A stretch of DNA of 64,000 nt from a virus (taxonomy: Duplodnaviria; Caudoviricetes), in the IMG/VR virus record IMGVR_UViG_3300022752_000014; one strand, given 5' to 3'. The notes below the pieces were generated by a model that did not search any database, had not been told where the DNA came from, and saw only the letters and a list, made by a program, of their open reading frames with translations. Positions within the stretch are counted from its first letter, which is position 1. Each line of letters starts with the position of its first letter. Positions 17,627 to 26,043 of this stretch are shown one piece after another. The position numbers were made by a program, and so were the translations under genes.

Positions 17627-18316
17627 TTATTTGTTGTGAGCTTTCCTGTATTGCTCTAACTTTTGTTTCTTGAACTCTTTCTTTAAAATCTTATTGACTT
17701 TCTTTTGATGTTCATAGGCAAAGAATAGTTGTAGCTCATAGTCAGTTACATCTCTATTCAATGCCTTTTTGATTTGTGCGAATATTCTTTCAACAACTGG
17801 CTTGAATTTCTTTACCATCCATTCCACCAAAGATTTGCCAACAAGAGCCGCAGCAACAGAAGCAGTAGCAGTGGTGCCAGCAAGAATAACCTGCTCTTTA
17901 GGTGGGATGGGAACTTCTCCGACGATTGGTACTTCAATGACGGGTACTCCTAGGTTTGTATTAGGTGTATTAGTTTCTTCAGCGATATTTTTATTTTCTT
18001 GTTTATCAATAACAGGAATTTGAACTTGAGGGACAACTGGTTTTGTATCAGGAAGTCCTCTATGTTTTTCTTGTTGTTCTTGTGTTTGTTTTTCTCTTTC
18101 TGCTTTTACAGCAGCATCGAACTCTTCCTGCGTTGGGACATTAACGGTTGGATACTTGATCCTTGTATCTGGCATCAGAATCACAGGAAGTTCCATACCG
18201 CGAACAACAGGAACTTCTACACCTTTATTGACTGGTGGATTGATTGTTGGTATTATGTTAGGTCCAGCAACATTAATATTTGGAGAATTAATATTACTTA
18301 TTGGTTGTATTTCCAT
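17627..18316 (-). CDS. Hypothetical Pro/Val-rich protein with a C-terminal TM segment
   Basis: ORF track gives 17627-18325; ATG at 18316 overlaps the upstream gene. Confidence 0.65.
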   Translation of the reverse strand: MEIQPISNINSPNINVAGPNIIPTINPPVNKGVEVPVVRGMELPVILMPDTRIKYPTVNVPTQEEFDAAVKAEREKQTQEQQEKHRGLPDTKPVVPQVQIPVIDKQENKNIAEETNTPNTNLGVPVIEVPIVGEVPIPPKEQVILAGTTATASVAAALVGKSLVEWMVKKFKPVVERIFAQIKKALNRDVTDYELQLFFAYEHQKKVNKILKKEFKKQKLEQYRKAHNK

Positions 18317-18872
18317 TGACAACATCCTGTACTCGTGGATATTTCACAACAATATCAGCACATATTTTTGCATATGGACTGTCAGGATGAAAACTAATTC
18401 CATTCTTGAGTGCTTCACCACACTTTAACAATCTCACAAGTTCAAAGTCTAATCTGGCTTTATCTGCCTCTGCTTGTTGTCTTGCAATTTCAACTCTTGC
18501 TCTTGATTTACATATCTCTGTAAGACTTCCATCAAGAGGAAAGTTAAAACCCATCGAGAATCCAGCATTTGCGCTATGAGTTTGATATGTGGTGGGATCT
18601 TTATCTCCATTTATATTTCCCATTACAAACGGAGATAAACTCATTGTTGGTCCTTGGCAACTCACTCCAGAACCATAAGTGTTCATAGCATAAGGACCCT
18701 GCAACACTTGAACTGCCTGGTTGGTTACATTACCAGTAGCAGATGCTGAGGGTCCTGCAATGTTTGTATTGCTAGGTGCTTGTTGTGCTAGTGCTGTCCC
18801 ACTTAAGATTATTGAGTAAAGACAGATATAGAGTTTGTTGTAGAATCGGTTGTAGTAGTTCTTTCGATCCAT
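18294..18872 (-). CDS. Hypothetical secreted protein
   Basis: Signal-like SIILSGTALA, beta-strand-rich middle and a Cys pair. Confidence 0.65.
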   Translation of the reverse strand: MDRKNYYNRFYNKLYICLYSIILSGTALAQQAPSNTNIAGPSASATGNVTNQAVQVLQGPYAMNTYGSGVSCQGPTMSLSPFVMGNINGDKDPTTYQTHSANAGFSMGFNFPLDGSLTEICKSRARVEIARQQAEADKARLDFELVRLLKCGEALKNGISFHPDSPYAKICADIVVKYPRVQDVVNGNTTNK

Positions 18873-19168
18873 GTTTCTTTAGCCACTCCAGGTCCAAGAT
18901 AAGTTTCACTAAACTGGAAAGGAGCACCTTGATTTACAATTGTATAATTCGCTCCTGGAGTAGGAGTTCCAGGAATATTGATATTTGTACCTGTTACTGT
19001 ATAAGACGTTCCAGTGGTATACTCTATTTGTTTAATGGTTTCTATGATTTCAGTATGAGATTTGGTCTCTGCTGTAATCGTCCCCCTTGTAAAATTAGGC
19101 ACAACCGTATTCGCTAAGGCGGGGGAGGAAAACCCTAGCAGCATCAGTGCCGCTAGGGTCCTTCTCAT
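18809..19168 (-). CDS. Hypothetical secreted protein
   Basis: Signal peptide ending SPALA; Thr-rich body. Confidence 0.7.
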   Translation of the reverse strand: MRRTLAALMLLGFSSPALANTVVPNFTRGTITAETKSHTEIIETIKQIEYTTGTSYTVTGTNINIPGTPTPGANYTIVNQGAPFQFSETYLGPGVAKETWIERTTTTDSTTNSISVFTQ

Positions 19169-19641
19169 TTGAATACGCTCAATTCAATACTACGTTGTGC
19201 TGTAGCAGTGGTTCCAGGACCACCAGCAGTTACAGTAGCAACACCGGTGGGGGATAATGTACCCGCAAGAGTTCCTTTATCACCTGCTAACTGAGTAGTA
19301 GAGTTCCCATAAACATGGGGAGAAGCAATTGCTCCAGCAGAGACAGTTTCAGTGGTGACAACTGTATCTGCAGCATTTTTTGTTTCAGAAAAACTAAATG
19401 CTTGTCCAGCAGTATTGATGTCATAAGTTCCAGTTGTAGCAACCCCACCAAAAGTATTTCCGTTGGCTGTACCAACTTTAATGTTTGAACCAGAAACGGA
19501 ATAAGATGCTCCTATTCTTTCTGTTTGAATCGCTGCGCCCTGAACGCCTAATTGGATAGAGTCAGTGATTTTTGATGTAATTTCAGCAGCACTTACAGGA
19601 GTGATGAAGAATAACGAAAAGGCTAGTAGAAGTCTTTTCAT
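19165..19641 (-). CDS. Hypothetical secreted protein
   Basis: Signal peptide MKRLLLAFSLFFITPVSA; Thr/Gly/Ala-rich; late-type TAAATA on the minus strand at 19666-19671. Confidence 0.7.
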   Translation of the reverse strand: MKRLLLAFSLFFITPVSAAEITSKITDSIQLGVQGAAIQTERIGASYSVSGSNIKVGTANGNTFGGVATTGTYDINTAGQAFSFSETKNAADTVVTTETVSAGAIASPHVYGNSTTQLAGDKGTLAGTLSPTGVATVTAGGPGTTATAQRSIELSVFK

Positions 19642-19694
19642 TTTTCTTGTGATGAACACTGCAAGTATTTAGCAGAGTGTCCCCATTTTGGGAC

Positions 19695-19728
19695 TTGACG
19701 CTTTCGGCAAACCGTAGTATGATAAATA
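19695..19728 (+). promoter_or_regulatory. Overlapping early (sigma70) and late promoters for psbA
   Basis: TTGACG, 17 bp, TATGAT (19718-19723), overlapped by ATAAATA (19722-19728). Confidence 0.75.
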
Positions 19729-19774
19729 GGTAAACAAATGTTACGGATTTCTCATAATTCTTAACATTGTCGAA

Positions 19775-19880
19775 CACCCGTTAACCGAGACCTATGGGTG
19801 TATAAATCACGTCTCTCATATCCCCGCTGAGGGTGCGGGGAGCATAGTAACTCCACCATTCCCCTGATGGTCTTACTAAC
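19775..19880 (+). ncRNA. Structured psbA 5' leader, PhotoRC-II-like RNA motif
   Basis: Stems CACCC/GGGTG, GAGAC/GTCTC, CCCCGC/GCGGGG and ACCAT/ATGGT upstream of psbA. The family name is from recall of known cyanophage psbA leader motifs, not from a search. Confidence 0.55.
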
Positions 19881-19893
19881 TGTTTAAAAAAAA

Positions 19894-20973
19894 ATGACTG
19901 CTTCAATCGCTCAACAACGACAATCGAATACTTGGGAACAATTCTGCAGCTGGATCACCAGCACCGATAACCGCCTTTATGTGGGTTGGTTCGGCGTTCT
20001 GATGATTCCTTGCCTGCTTGCTGCAACAATCTGCTTCATCGTGGCGTTCATCGCCGCTCCCCCTGTGGACATCGATGGTATCCGTGAACCCGTTGCTGGT
20101 TCACTCATGTACGGAAACAACATCATCTCTGGTGCTGTGATTCCTTCGTCCAATGCTATTGGACTGCACTTTTACCCCATCTGGGAAGCTGCTTCCCTAG
20201 ATGAGTGGCTTTACAACGGTGGACCTTTCCAACTGGTAGTCTTCCACTTCCTCATCGGCATCTATGCTTATATGGGTCGTGAGTGGGAACTTTCCTACCG
20301 TCTTGGTATGCGTCCTTGGATTTGTGTTGCCTACAGCGCACCTGTTGCTGCTGCTTCTGCAGTGTTTCTTGTGTATCCTTTTGGTCAGGGTTCTTTCTCT
20401 GACGCGATGCCTCTGGGTATCTCTGGTACGTTCAACTATATGCTTGTGTTCCAGGCAGAGCACAACATCCTGATGCACCCCTTCCATATGCTTGGAGTTG
20501 CTGGTGTGTTCGGTGGTTCTCTGTTCAGTGCTATGCACGGTTCTCTGGTTACTTCTTCTCTGGTTCGTGAAACCACTGAGAACGAGTCCCAGAACTATGG
20601 TTACAAGTTCGGTCAAGAAGAAGAGACCTATAACATCGTTGCTGCACACGGTTATTTCGGACGCCTTATTTTCCAATATGCTTCCTTTAATAACTCCCGT
20701 TCGCTGCACTTCTTCCTTGCTGCGTGGCCTGTTGTAGGTATCTGGTTCACTGCTCTTGGTGTTAGCACTATGGCTTTCAACCTCAACGGCTTCAACTTCA
20801 ACCAGTCAGTTATCGACTCACAAGGTCGTGTATTGAACACCTGGGCTGATGTTCTGAACCGTGCTGGTCTTGGCCTAGAGGTGATGCATGAGCGCAACGC
20901 CCATAACTTCCCTCTGGACTTGGCAGCTGCAGAAGCGACTCCAGTTGCTCTTACTGCTCCAAGTATTGGATGA
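19894..20973 (+). CDS. psbA: Photosystem II D1 protein (intronless; E130-type GREWEL)
   Basis: Full-length D1: [27 protein letters not shown] and [13 protein letters not shown]. Confidence 0.99.
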   Translation: MTASIAQQRQSNTWEQFCSWITSTDNRLYVGWFGVLMIPCLLAATICFIVAFIAAPPVDIDGIREPVAGSLMYGNNIISGAVIPSSNAIGLHFYPIWEAASLDEWLYNGGPFQLVVFHFLIGIYAYMGREWELSYRLGMRPWICVAYSAPVAAASAVFLVYPFGQGSFSDAMPLGISGTFNYMLVFQAEHNILMHPFHMLGVAGVFGGSLFSAMHGSLVTSSLVRETTENESQNYGYKFGQEEETYNIVAAHGYFGRLIFQYASFNNSRSLHFFLAAWPVVGIWFTALGVSTMAFNLNGFNFNQSVIDSQGRVLNTWADVLNRAGLGLEVMHERNAHNFPLDLAAAEATPVALTAPSIG

Positions 20974-21322
20974 GTTTAGATAAAATCTGAACATTATCAC
21001 CTACTAATCCGAGAGCAGTGTTGCAATTATTACACAACACTCCTCGGATTTTTTCTGCAGTATGACAGTGGTCAATACATTTCTTTTCTGTAATGTCTCT
21101 GCCACATACTTGACAACTATCGTGCTTCATTAATTCTTGATACTCTGTCTCAGAAAGATTAAACTTTCTTCTCATGTATTCATGGGGTTTGTAATATTTT
21201 TTTCTTACTGATGTAGAACATTCTTTACATTTTGACTGGTGAGATATTTTTCCAGTTTTTAAAGTTCTCTTATGGAAATGATTAAAAGAAAGAGTTCTAT
21301 TACATACACTGCAGAGTTTCAT
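20951..21322 (-). CDS. Free-standing endonuclease VII-family (F-CphI-like) homing endonuclease
   Basis: N-terminal CxxC...CxxC Zn finger and C-terminal CQVC...IDHCH...[14 protein letters not shown]; late-type TAAATA on the minus strand at 21348-21353. Confidence 0.85.
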   Translation of the reverse strand: MKLCSVCNRTLSFNHFHKRTLKTGKISHQSKCKECSTSVRKKYYKPHEYMRRKFNLSETEYQELMKHDSCQVCGRDITEKKCIDHCHTAEKIRGVLCNNCNTALGLVGDNVQILSKLIQYLEQ

Positions 21323-21362
21323 ATTTGTAATGCGTATTTTCCATACATATTTAGGAGGATAA

Positions 21363-22424
21363 ATGGTTTCATCTACACTTTCACAACCAATTCAACAAAG
21401 GGGGTGGTTTGATGTCCTGGATGACTGGGTTAAACGTGATCGCTTCATATTTGTGGGTTGGTCTGGACTATTACTTTTTCCCACTGCTTATCTTGCCCTT
21501 GGTGGCTGGCTTACTGGCACAACGTTTGTTACAAGCTGGTACACCCACGGGTTGGCGTCTAGTTATCTTGAAGGGGCTAATTTCCTTACGGCTGCTGTGT
21601 CAACGCCTGCAGATTCTATGGGTCATTCTCTTCTTCTACTTTGGGGTCCTGAGGCTCAAGGGGATTTCGTCAGGTGGTTCCAACTTGGGGGACTCTGGCC
21701 TTTTGTGGCACTCCATGGGGCTTTCAGCCTGATTGGATTCATGCTTCGCCAGTTTGAGATTGCCCGTCTAGTAGGTATTCGTCCGTACAATGCGATTGCT
21801 TTTTCAGGTCCTATCGCTGTATTTGTATCTGTGTTCCTGATGTATCCACTGGGTCAATCTAGTTGGTTCTTTGCTCCCTCTTTTGGTGTCGCAGCAATCT
21901 TCAGGTTCCTTCTGTTCCTTCAGGGTTTCCACAACTGGACCCTCAACCCCTTTCATATGATGGGAGTTGCTGGTATACTAGGAGGAGCACTGCTCTGTGC
22001 CATTCACGGAGCTACTGTAGAGAATACACTTTATGAAGATGGTGATGCTTCAAACACTTTCAAGGGTTTTGAACCTACACAGGAAGAAGAAACGTATTCA
22101 ATGGTTACTGCAAACCGATTCTGGTCGCAGATTTTTGGAATTGCTTTTTCCAATAAGCGTTGGTTACATTTTTTCATGCTTTTTGTTCCCGTTATGGGTC
22201 TCTGGACTAGTTCTATTGGGATTATTGGTTTGGCTCTCAATCTTAGGGCCTATGATTTTGTAAGTCAGGAAATTCGTGCTGCTGAGGATCCGGAATTTGA
22301 GACCTTCTACACGAAAAATATACTGCTCAACGAGGGACTACGTGCTTGGATGGCTCCAGTAGATCAGATTCACGAGAATTTTGTCTTTCCAGATGAAGTT
22401 CTTCCTCGTGGAAATGCCCTCTAA
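21363..22424 (+). CDS. psbD: Photosystem II D2 protein
   Basis: [24 protein letters not shown] and VLPRGNAL; AGGAGG SD. Confidence 0.99.
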   Translation: MVSSTLSQPIQQRGWFDVLDDWVKRDRFIFVGWSGLLLFPTAYLALGGWLTGTTFVTSWYTHGLASSYLEGANFLTAAVSTPADSMGHSLLLLWGPEAQGDFVRWFQLGGLWPFVALHGAFSLIGFMLRQFEIARLVGIRPYNAIAFSGPIAVFVSVFLMYPLGQSSWFFAPSFGVAAIFRFLLFLQGFHNWTLNPFHMMGVAGILGGALLCAIHGATVENTLYEDGDASNTFKGFEPTQEEETYSMVTANRFWSQIFGIAFSNKRWLHFFMLFVPVMGLWTSSIGIIGLALNLRAYDFVSQEIRAAEDPEFETFYTKNILLNEGLRAWMAPVDQIHENFVFPDEVLPRGNAL

Positions 22425-22435
22425 TATTATTTTTA

Positions 22436-22468
22436 TATAAATAGTATTGCGAGAGGCAATGCTACTAT
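22436..22468 (+). promoter_or_regulatory. Late promoter plus hairpin over the endonuclease RBS and start codon
   Basis: TATAAATA at 22436-22443; TAGTATTGC-GAGAG-GCAATGCTA stem at 22442-22464; ATG at 22467. Confidence 0.65.
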
Positions 22469-23033
22469 GGTTTGGAACAAAGGATTAAAAAATGACCCCC
22501 GATTAAAAGGGGGTCGTCCAAAATCAAGTCTCTCATATGTCGGTAAGACTTATGGGAGACTTACTATTTTGGAACAATATAGTCACAAAAAAAGTATAAG
22601 ATTTAAATGTCGTTGTGAGTGTGGAAATATTACTGATGTTCGCAAAGATAATTTAATAACAAAAGCAGATACTGTTTCTTGTGGGTGTAGATTGGAAGAA
22701 CTTCACCAAGAAAGAAGAGAAAAAGGTATTGATGAAGTTTCTGCTATGTGGTCTAGGGCAAAATATAGAGCAAGACAAAAGGGAATGGAGTTTACAATAG
22801 AACAAAAAGATATTATAATCCCAGATGCTTGTCCTTTACTTGGAATACCATTAGTTTTTCATAGGGGTAAAGGAAGTCAGCAGGGAAACTCTCCATCGTT
22901 AGATCGCATTGATTCTTCCAAAGGATACATAAAAGGTAATGTATGGGTTATCAGTAATAGAGCAAACACCCTCAAGAACGATGCCTCCCTACACGAACTT
23001 GAACTCCTGGTAGAAAACTTAAAGAAACTATGA
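22467..23033 (+). CDS. Free-standing HNH-type (His-Me finger) homing endonuclease
   Basis: GKTYGRLTI...CRCECGN...SCGC N-domain and CPLLGIPL...SLDRIDSSKGYIKGNVWVISNRAN nuclease domain. Confidence 0.8.
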   Translation: MVWNKGLKNDPRLKGGRPKSSLSYVGKTYGRLTILEQYSHKKSIRFKCRCECGNITDVRKDNLITKADTVSCGCRLEELHQERREKGIDEVSAMWSRAKYRARQKGMEFTIEQKDIIIPDACPLLGIPLVFHRGKGSQQGNSPSLDRIDSSKGYIKGNVWVISNRANTLKNDASLHELELLVENLKKL

Positions 23034-23158
23034 TATCTTCCACTACACCTTATAAACTCGCAGAGATCATTCGGGACACTTGGCCCAACCTTTACAGAAA
23101 ACCCCAAGTGCCCTATAATAAAGAAAAAGAACAGGATGATGAACAAGTACAACAGTGA
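23030..23158 (+). CDS. Small hypothetical protein (42 aa, MISSTTPYKLAEIIRDTWPNLYR...), not in the ORF track
   Basis: ATGA overlap with the endonuclease stop; fills the gap to the next gene. Confidence 0.55.
   Translation: MISSTTPYKLAEIIRDTWPNLYRKPQVPYNKEKEQDDEQVQQ
23091..23119 (+). promoter_or_regulatory. Sigma70-type promoter
   Basis: TTTACA, 17 bp, TATAAT. Confidence 0.6.
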
Positions 23159-23450
23159 AGACTATTTCACAGTAAGAGAAAGAAGGACTCATAAAAAAAT
23201 TTGTGATTGTGGTAATCTTGAAGATGCAAAAATGGTGATGAGTCTGGACATACCAAATCGTGAAGTTGTAAAAAACAAATCACTGATGAGTCCAGTGATT
23301 GATGTTGAGATACCCAAGGCACTACCAACAAATGAGATTGTGGTGAACATGGATGGTGGAGTTGGTGGTTCTTGGGAAGTCCGTGAACCAGAAAAACTTC
23401 CTCAAATCAAACTTCCAGAAGGACAAGGAATTCCAGTTAACGCTAAATAA
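23136..23450 (+). CDS. Hypothetical cyanophage protein
   Basis: ORF track; AGGA SD. Confidence 0.7.
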   Translation: MMNKYNSEDYFTVRERRTHKKICDCGNLEDAKMVMSLDIPNREVVKNKSLMSPVIDVEIPKALPTNEIVVNMDGGVGGSWEVREPEKLPQIKLPEGQGIPVNAK

Positions 23451-23470
23451 ATTTCAGGTTTATAAAAGAT

Positions 23471-23707
23471 ATGAAATTCACAATTTATTCAAAAGACGGT
23501 TGCCCATATTGCACTAAAGTGGAACAGGTGCTACAATTAGCAGAGTTGCAGCATGTTGTCTACAAATTGAATACAGATTTTACTCGTGAAGAGTTTTACG
23601 CAGAATTTGGAGAGGGTTCCACTTTCCCTCAAGTTATTGTTGATGATAAACATATTGGTGGATGCACTGATACTGTTCAATACCTAAGGGAGCAAAATCT
23701 AGTTTAA
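23471..23707 (+). CDS. nrdC: Glutaredoxin
   Basis: YSKDGCPYC, TFPQV and IGGCTD. Confidence 0.93.
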   Translation: MKFTIYSKDGCPYCTKVEQVLQLAELQHVVYKLNTDFTREEFYAEFGEGSTFPQVIVDDKHIGGCTDTVQYLREQNLV

Positions 23708-24066
23708 TGGAAAGCAATTTTCACGAAGTTTATGGTGATGTTGAGAAAGCAATCGACTATGCTTTCAAAGGACAATTTGTTTTAAAGTTCTATGATTACT
23801 TAAAAATTCGTGGAACAAGACGCCATGAAGTTGAAGAGTTTATTGAAAGTGCCACAGCGAACGAAATTAGCAGTCTTGTAATGGACCTTGATGATTATCT
23901 TGAGGGTGGTGCAGATGAGATTCACAAACAACTTCGTGAGGGATATGGTTATCTACCAAAACCCGAAGCAAGAAAAATTAGAAACTATTTGTACAGCATC
24001 CTAGAAGATGCCTGGAAATACAGTCATGATAGACGACCAGGAAGACGCAAGAAGCAAACTAAATAA
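23707..24066 (+). CDS. Hypothetical cyanophage protein
   Basis: TAATG coupling; YLEGG...LREGYG pattern. Confidence 0.75.
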   Translation: MESNFHEVYGDVEKAIDYAFKGQFVLKFYDYLKIRGTRRHEVEEFIESATANEISSLVMDLDDYLEGGADEIHKQLREGYGYLPKPEARKIRNYLYSILEDAWKYSHDRRPGRRKKQTK

Positions 24067-24232
24067 GTCAGAACCCCAGATTAATCGGGGTGTTGAATTA
24101 TTACTACGCAATAGGAGAAGAAGATCAGAAAAACCAAAGACTTTTCAAGTGAAGTTTGGTAAGATGATCTCTCTGTTCCGCCGAGAGTTTCACTTCTTTA
24201 TAGAATTTCATTTTGATATTAGGAAAAAATAA
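24008..24232 (+). CDS. Hypothetical basic protein (start uncertain)
   Basis: Fills the gap between neighbouring genes. Confidence 0.45.
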   Translation: MPGNTVMIDDQEDARSKLNKSEPQINRGVELLLRNRRRRSEKPKTFQVKFGKMISLFRREFHFFIEFHFDIRKK

Positions 24233-24250
24233 ACTCTCTGGAGAAGGAAA

Positions 24251-24472
24251 ATGTTAGCAGTAACACTCACCATCGGCACTCTAGTTTCTATAATGTTCTT
24301 TTTTGTTGGTGGAGTAATAGGATGGATGGCAAAGGAACATTTTTATCAAACTTCGCCAGTCTATACACACCCAGAGATGTTTGACTCAAATGGGAATGTA
24401 ATACCAGACGAAATTTTAGCAGTACGATTTGAAAATGACTATGACGACTACGAAGACGAGGAAGAAGACTGA
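24251..24472 (+). CDS. Hypothetical membrane protein
   Basis: N-terminal TM helix, HPEMFD motif and acidic tail. Confidence 0.7.
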   Translation: MLAVTLTIGTLVSIMFFFVGGVIGWMAKEHFYQTSPVYTHPEMFDSNGNVIPDEILAVRFENDYDDYEDEEED

Positions 24473-25007
24473 AGAACCAATCCCATCTCTTCCCACAAAT
24501 CCATTTGTTTTTGAAGTTCTAGAACTTGTATCAAAACAAAGAAGTAACGAAAAGAAAGTAGAGGTTCTCAAAACCTACGAACATCCCTCTATTAAGTCTG
24601 TTTTGATTTGGAATTTTGACGAGACTGTGGTCTCTCTTCTTCCAGAGGGTCCAGTTCCTTATGGTGATGTAAAAGATCAAAACGTTTATTCTGGAAATCT
24701 TTCTGATAATCTTTCCAGAGAAGCCGCAGGTGGAGAAGCTGCAACTACTCAAGATCTTCAAGGTCTTGGAAAAACCTCTCTTCGCAGGGAGTATCAAAAT
24801 CTTTATCATTATGTAAAAGGTGGTAATAATTCTCTGACTACAATTCGCAGAGAAATGATGTTTATCAATCTTCTTGAAGGTCTGCATCCTAGAGAAGCAG
24901 AACTGTTATGTCTTGTAAAGGATAAGAAGTTGCAAACTAAATACAAAATCACTCATGAGAATGTGAAAGAGGCATTCCCCGATATTCAATGGGGTGGTCG
25001 TTCATGA
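24435..25007 (+). CDS. Conserved T4-like hypothetical protein
   Basis: LLPEGPVPY and RREMMFINLLEGLHPREAELL patterns. Confidence 0.75.
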   Translation: MTMTTTKTRKKTEEPIPSLPTNPFVFEVLELVSKQRSNEKKVEVLKTYEHPSIKSVLIWNFDETVVSLLPEGPVPYGDVKDQNVYSGNLSDNLSREAAGGEAATTQDLQGLGKTSLRREYQNLYHYVKGGNNSLTTIRREMMFINLLEGLHPREAELLCLVKDKKLQTKYKITHENVKEAFPDIQWGGRS

Positions 25008-25339
25008 CAGTTGCAGTTAGTACGGAGAAGCGTATGGCAGATAATGGAAGAGAAGACAGAAGTGTTCTGCCTAGCAACTATGGATGTGAGATTCTTCTAG
25101 AAAAAACAACGGTTGAAACCGCAAAGGATTCTTCTTTTCCAAATGATGCTTATTTAATTTGGTATAACCTTGATGGAAAAGATTATATTGATCTTGTGAG
25201 GGGAACCAGAGTACGTATTTTTGATATGTACTATGATAAGTATGGTCCAGGATCAGTTCAAAAAATTGATTTTGGATATGGAAGAACTAACCCAAAACTT
25301 TGGGGATACAAACAACCAGAGAAAAAGAAAAGAAAATGA
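25004..25339 (+). CDS. Hypothetical cyanophage protein
   Basis: ATGA overlaps at both ends. Confidence 0.7.
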   Translation: MTVAVSTEKRMADNGREDRSVLPSNYGCEILLEKTTVETAKDSSFPNDAYLIWYNLDGKDYIDLVRGTRVRIFDMYYDKYGPGSVQKIDFGYGRTNPKLWGYKQPEKKKRK

Positions 25340-25536
25340 GTGAAGGTTTTAGTGAAGAAAAAATTGAAGTTGCAATTTACAAAGACGAAGTAAAAAAACT
25401 TCTTAAAAAATATAAAAAAGTAAAAAAATATCAGAGGTCTTCAATTTTTGAAGTTAAGACGATGGATGGAACTGAAACGTATGTGAGTCAATTGATTAAA
25501 GAAGCAGAAGAGAATGGGGAAACATTATCTACTTAA
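25336..25536 (+). CDS. Hypothetical protein
   Basis: ATGA overlap with the upstream gene. Confidence 0.6.
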   Translation: MSEGFSEEKIEVAIYKDEVKKLLKKYKKVKKYQRSSIFEVKTMDGTETYVSQLIKEAEENGETLST

Positions 25537-25840
25537 TCTATATGGATGTTCGTTTGTCCTTTTGGATGACGAATGTTGTCTTATAGACTTGTTAGAAAAT
25601 GCAGCAGCAGCAAGTGGTGCTACAGTAGTCCAAACGATTTCAAAAAAGTTTGAACCACAAGGAGTTACTGTTATTTGTTTATTGTCTGAAAGTCATATTA
25701 GTATTCACACTTGGCCTGAAGAGGGTAAGGCAGCAGTAGATGTTTATACTTGTGGAGACTGTAATCCCAAGATTGGATGTGATATAATTATTCAACAACT
25801 CTATGCAACTAATCATACACTCAGTTATATAGAACGGTAA
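25514..25840 (+). CDS. speD: S-adenosylmethionine decarboxylase proenzyme
   Basis: MGKHYLLNLYGC, FEPQGVT, the ESHISIHTWPE autocleavage motif and DVYTCG. Confidence 0.95.
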   Translation: MGKHYLLNLYGCSFVLLDDECCLIDLLENAAAASGATVVQTISKKFEPQGVTVICLLSESHISIHTWPEEGKAAVDVYTCGDCNPKIGCDIIIQQLYATNHTLSYIER

Positions 25841-25873
25841 CAAAAGTTACAAAAAAAATCTTATAAATCTTAA

Positions 25874-25920
25874 TACGTTGATCACAAAAGTGACGGAAGT
25901 ACCAAATGGGAAGCAACGCA
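25874..25920 (+). ncRNA. Glutamine riboswitch (glnA-class aptamer)
   Basis: CGTTG-A-TCAC-AAAA-GTGA-CGGAAGTA-CCA-AA-TGG-GAAG-CAACG gives P1 CGTTG/CAACG, P2, the E-loop strand CGGAAGTA, P3 and GAAG, in the same order as the cyanobacterial glnA aptamer. Confidence 0.85.
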
Positions 25921-25950
25921 CCAATACCCACAAAGTAAAGGAGCAAACCA

Positions 25951-26037
25951 ATGGCACTCATTCTTATTCAACAAAAACTTCTAAAAGAAAAACGTCTTCG
26001 TGAAGCACAATTGTTTATGGCATCAAGACTTGCTTGA
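25951..26037 (+). CDS. 28-aa peptide downstream of the riboswitch (MALILIQQKLLKEKRLREAQLFMASRLA), not in the ORF track
   Basis: AAGGAG SD at 25938-25943; terminator directly after the stop. Confidence 0.7.
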   Translation: MALILIQQKLLKEKRLREAQLFMASRLA

Positions 26038-26043
26038 TATGTT

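Noticed and set aside
18809-19168. CsgF/curli-like identity based on VVPNF
   Set aside because: The match is too short to support by eye; left as a structure-search question.
19727-19745. GTAAACAAATGTTAC as an NtcA or RpaB site
   Set aside because: The spacing is GTA-N9-TAC rather than N8, and it is not a proper HLR1 direct repeat.
21110-21140. Internal psbD promoter from TTGACA
   Set aside because: No -10 element at 16-18 bp spacing.
19894-22424. Group I intron in psbA or psbD
   Set aside because: Both frames are continuous and full length (359 and 353 aa) with no insertion.
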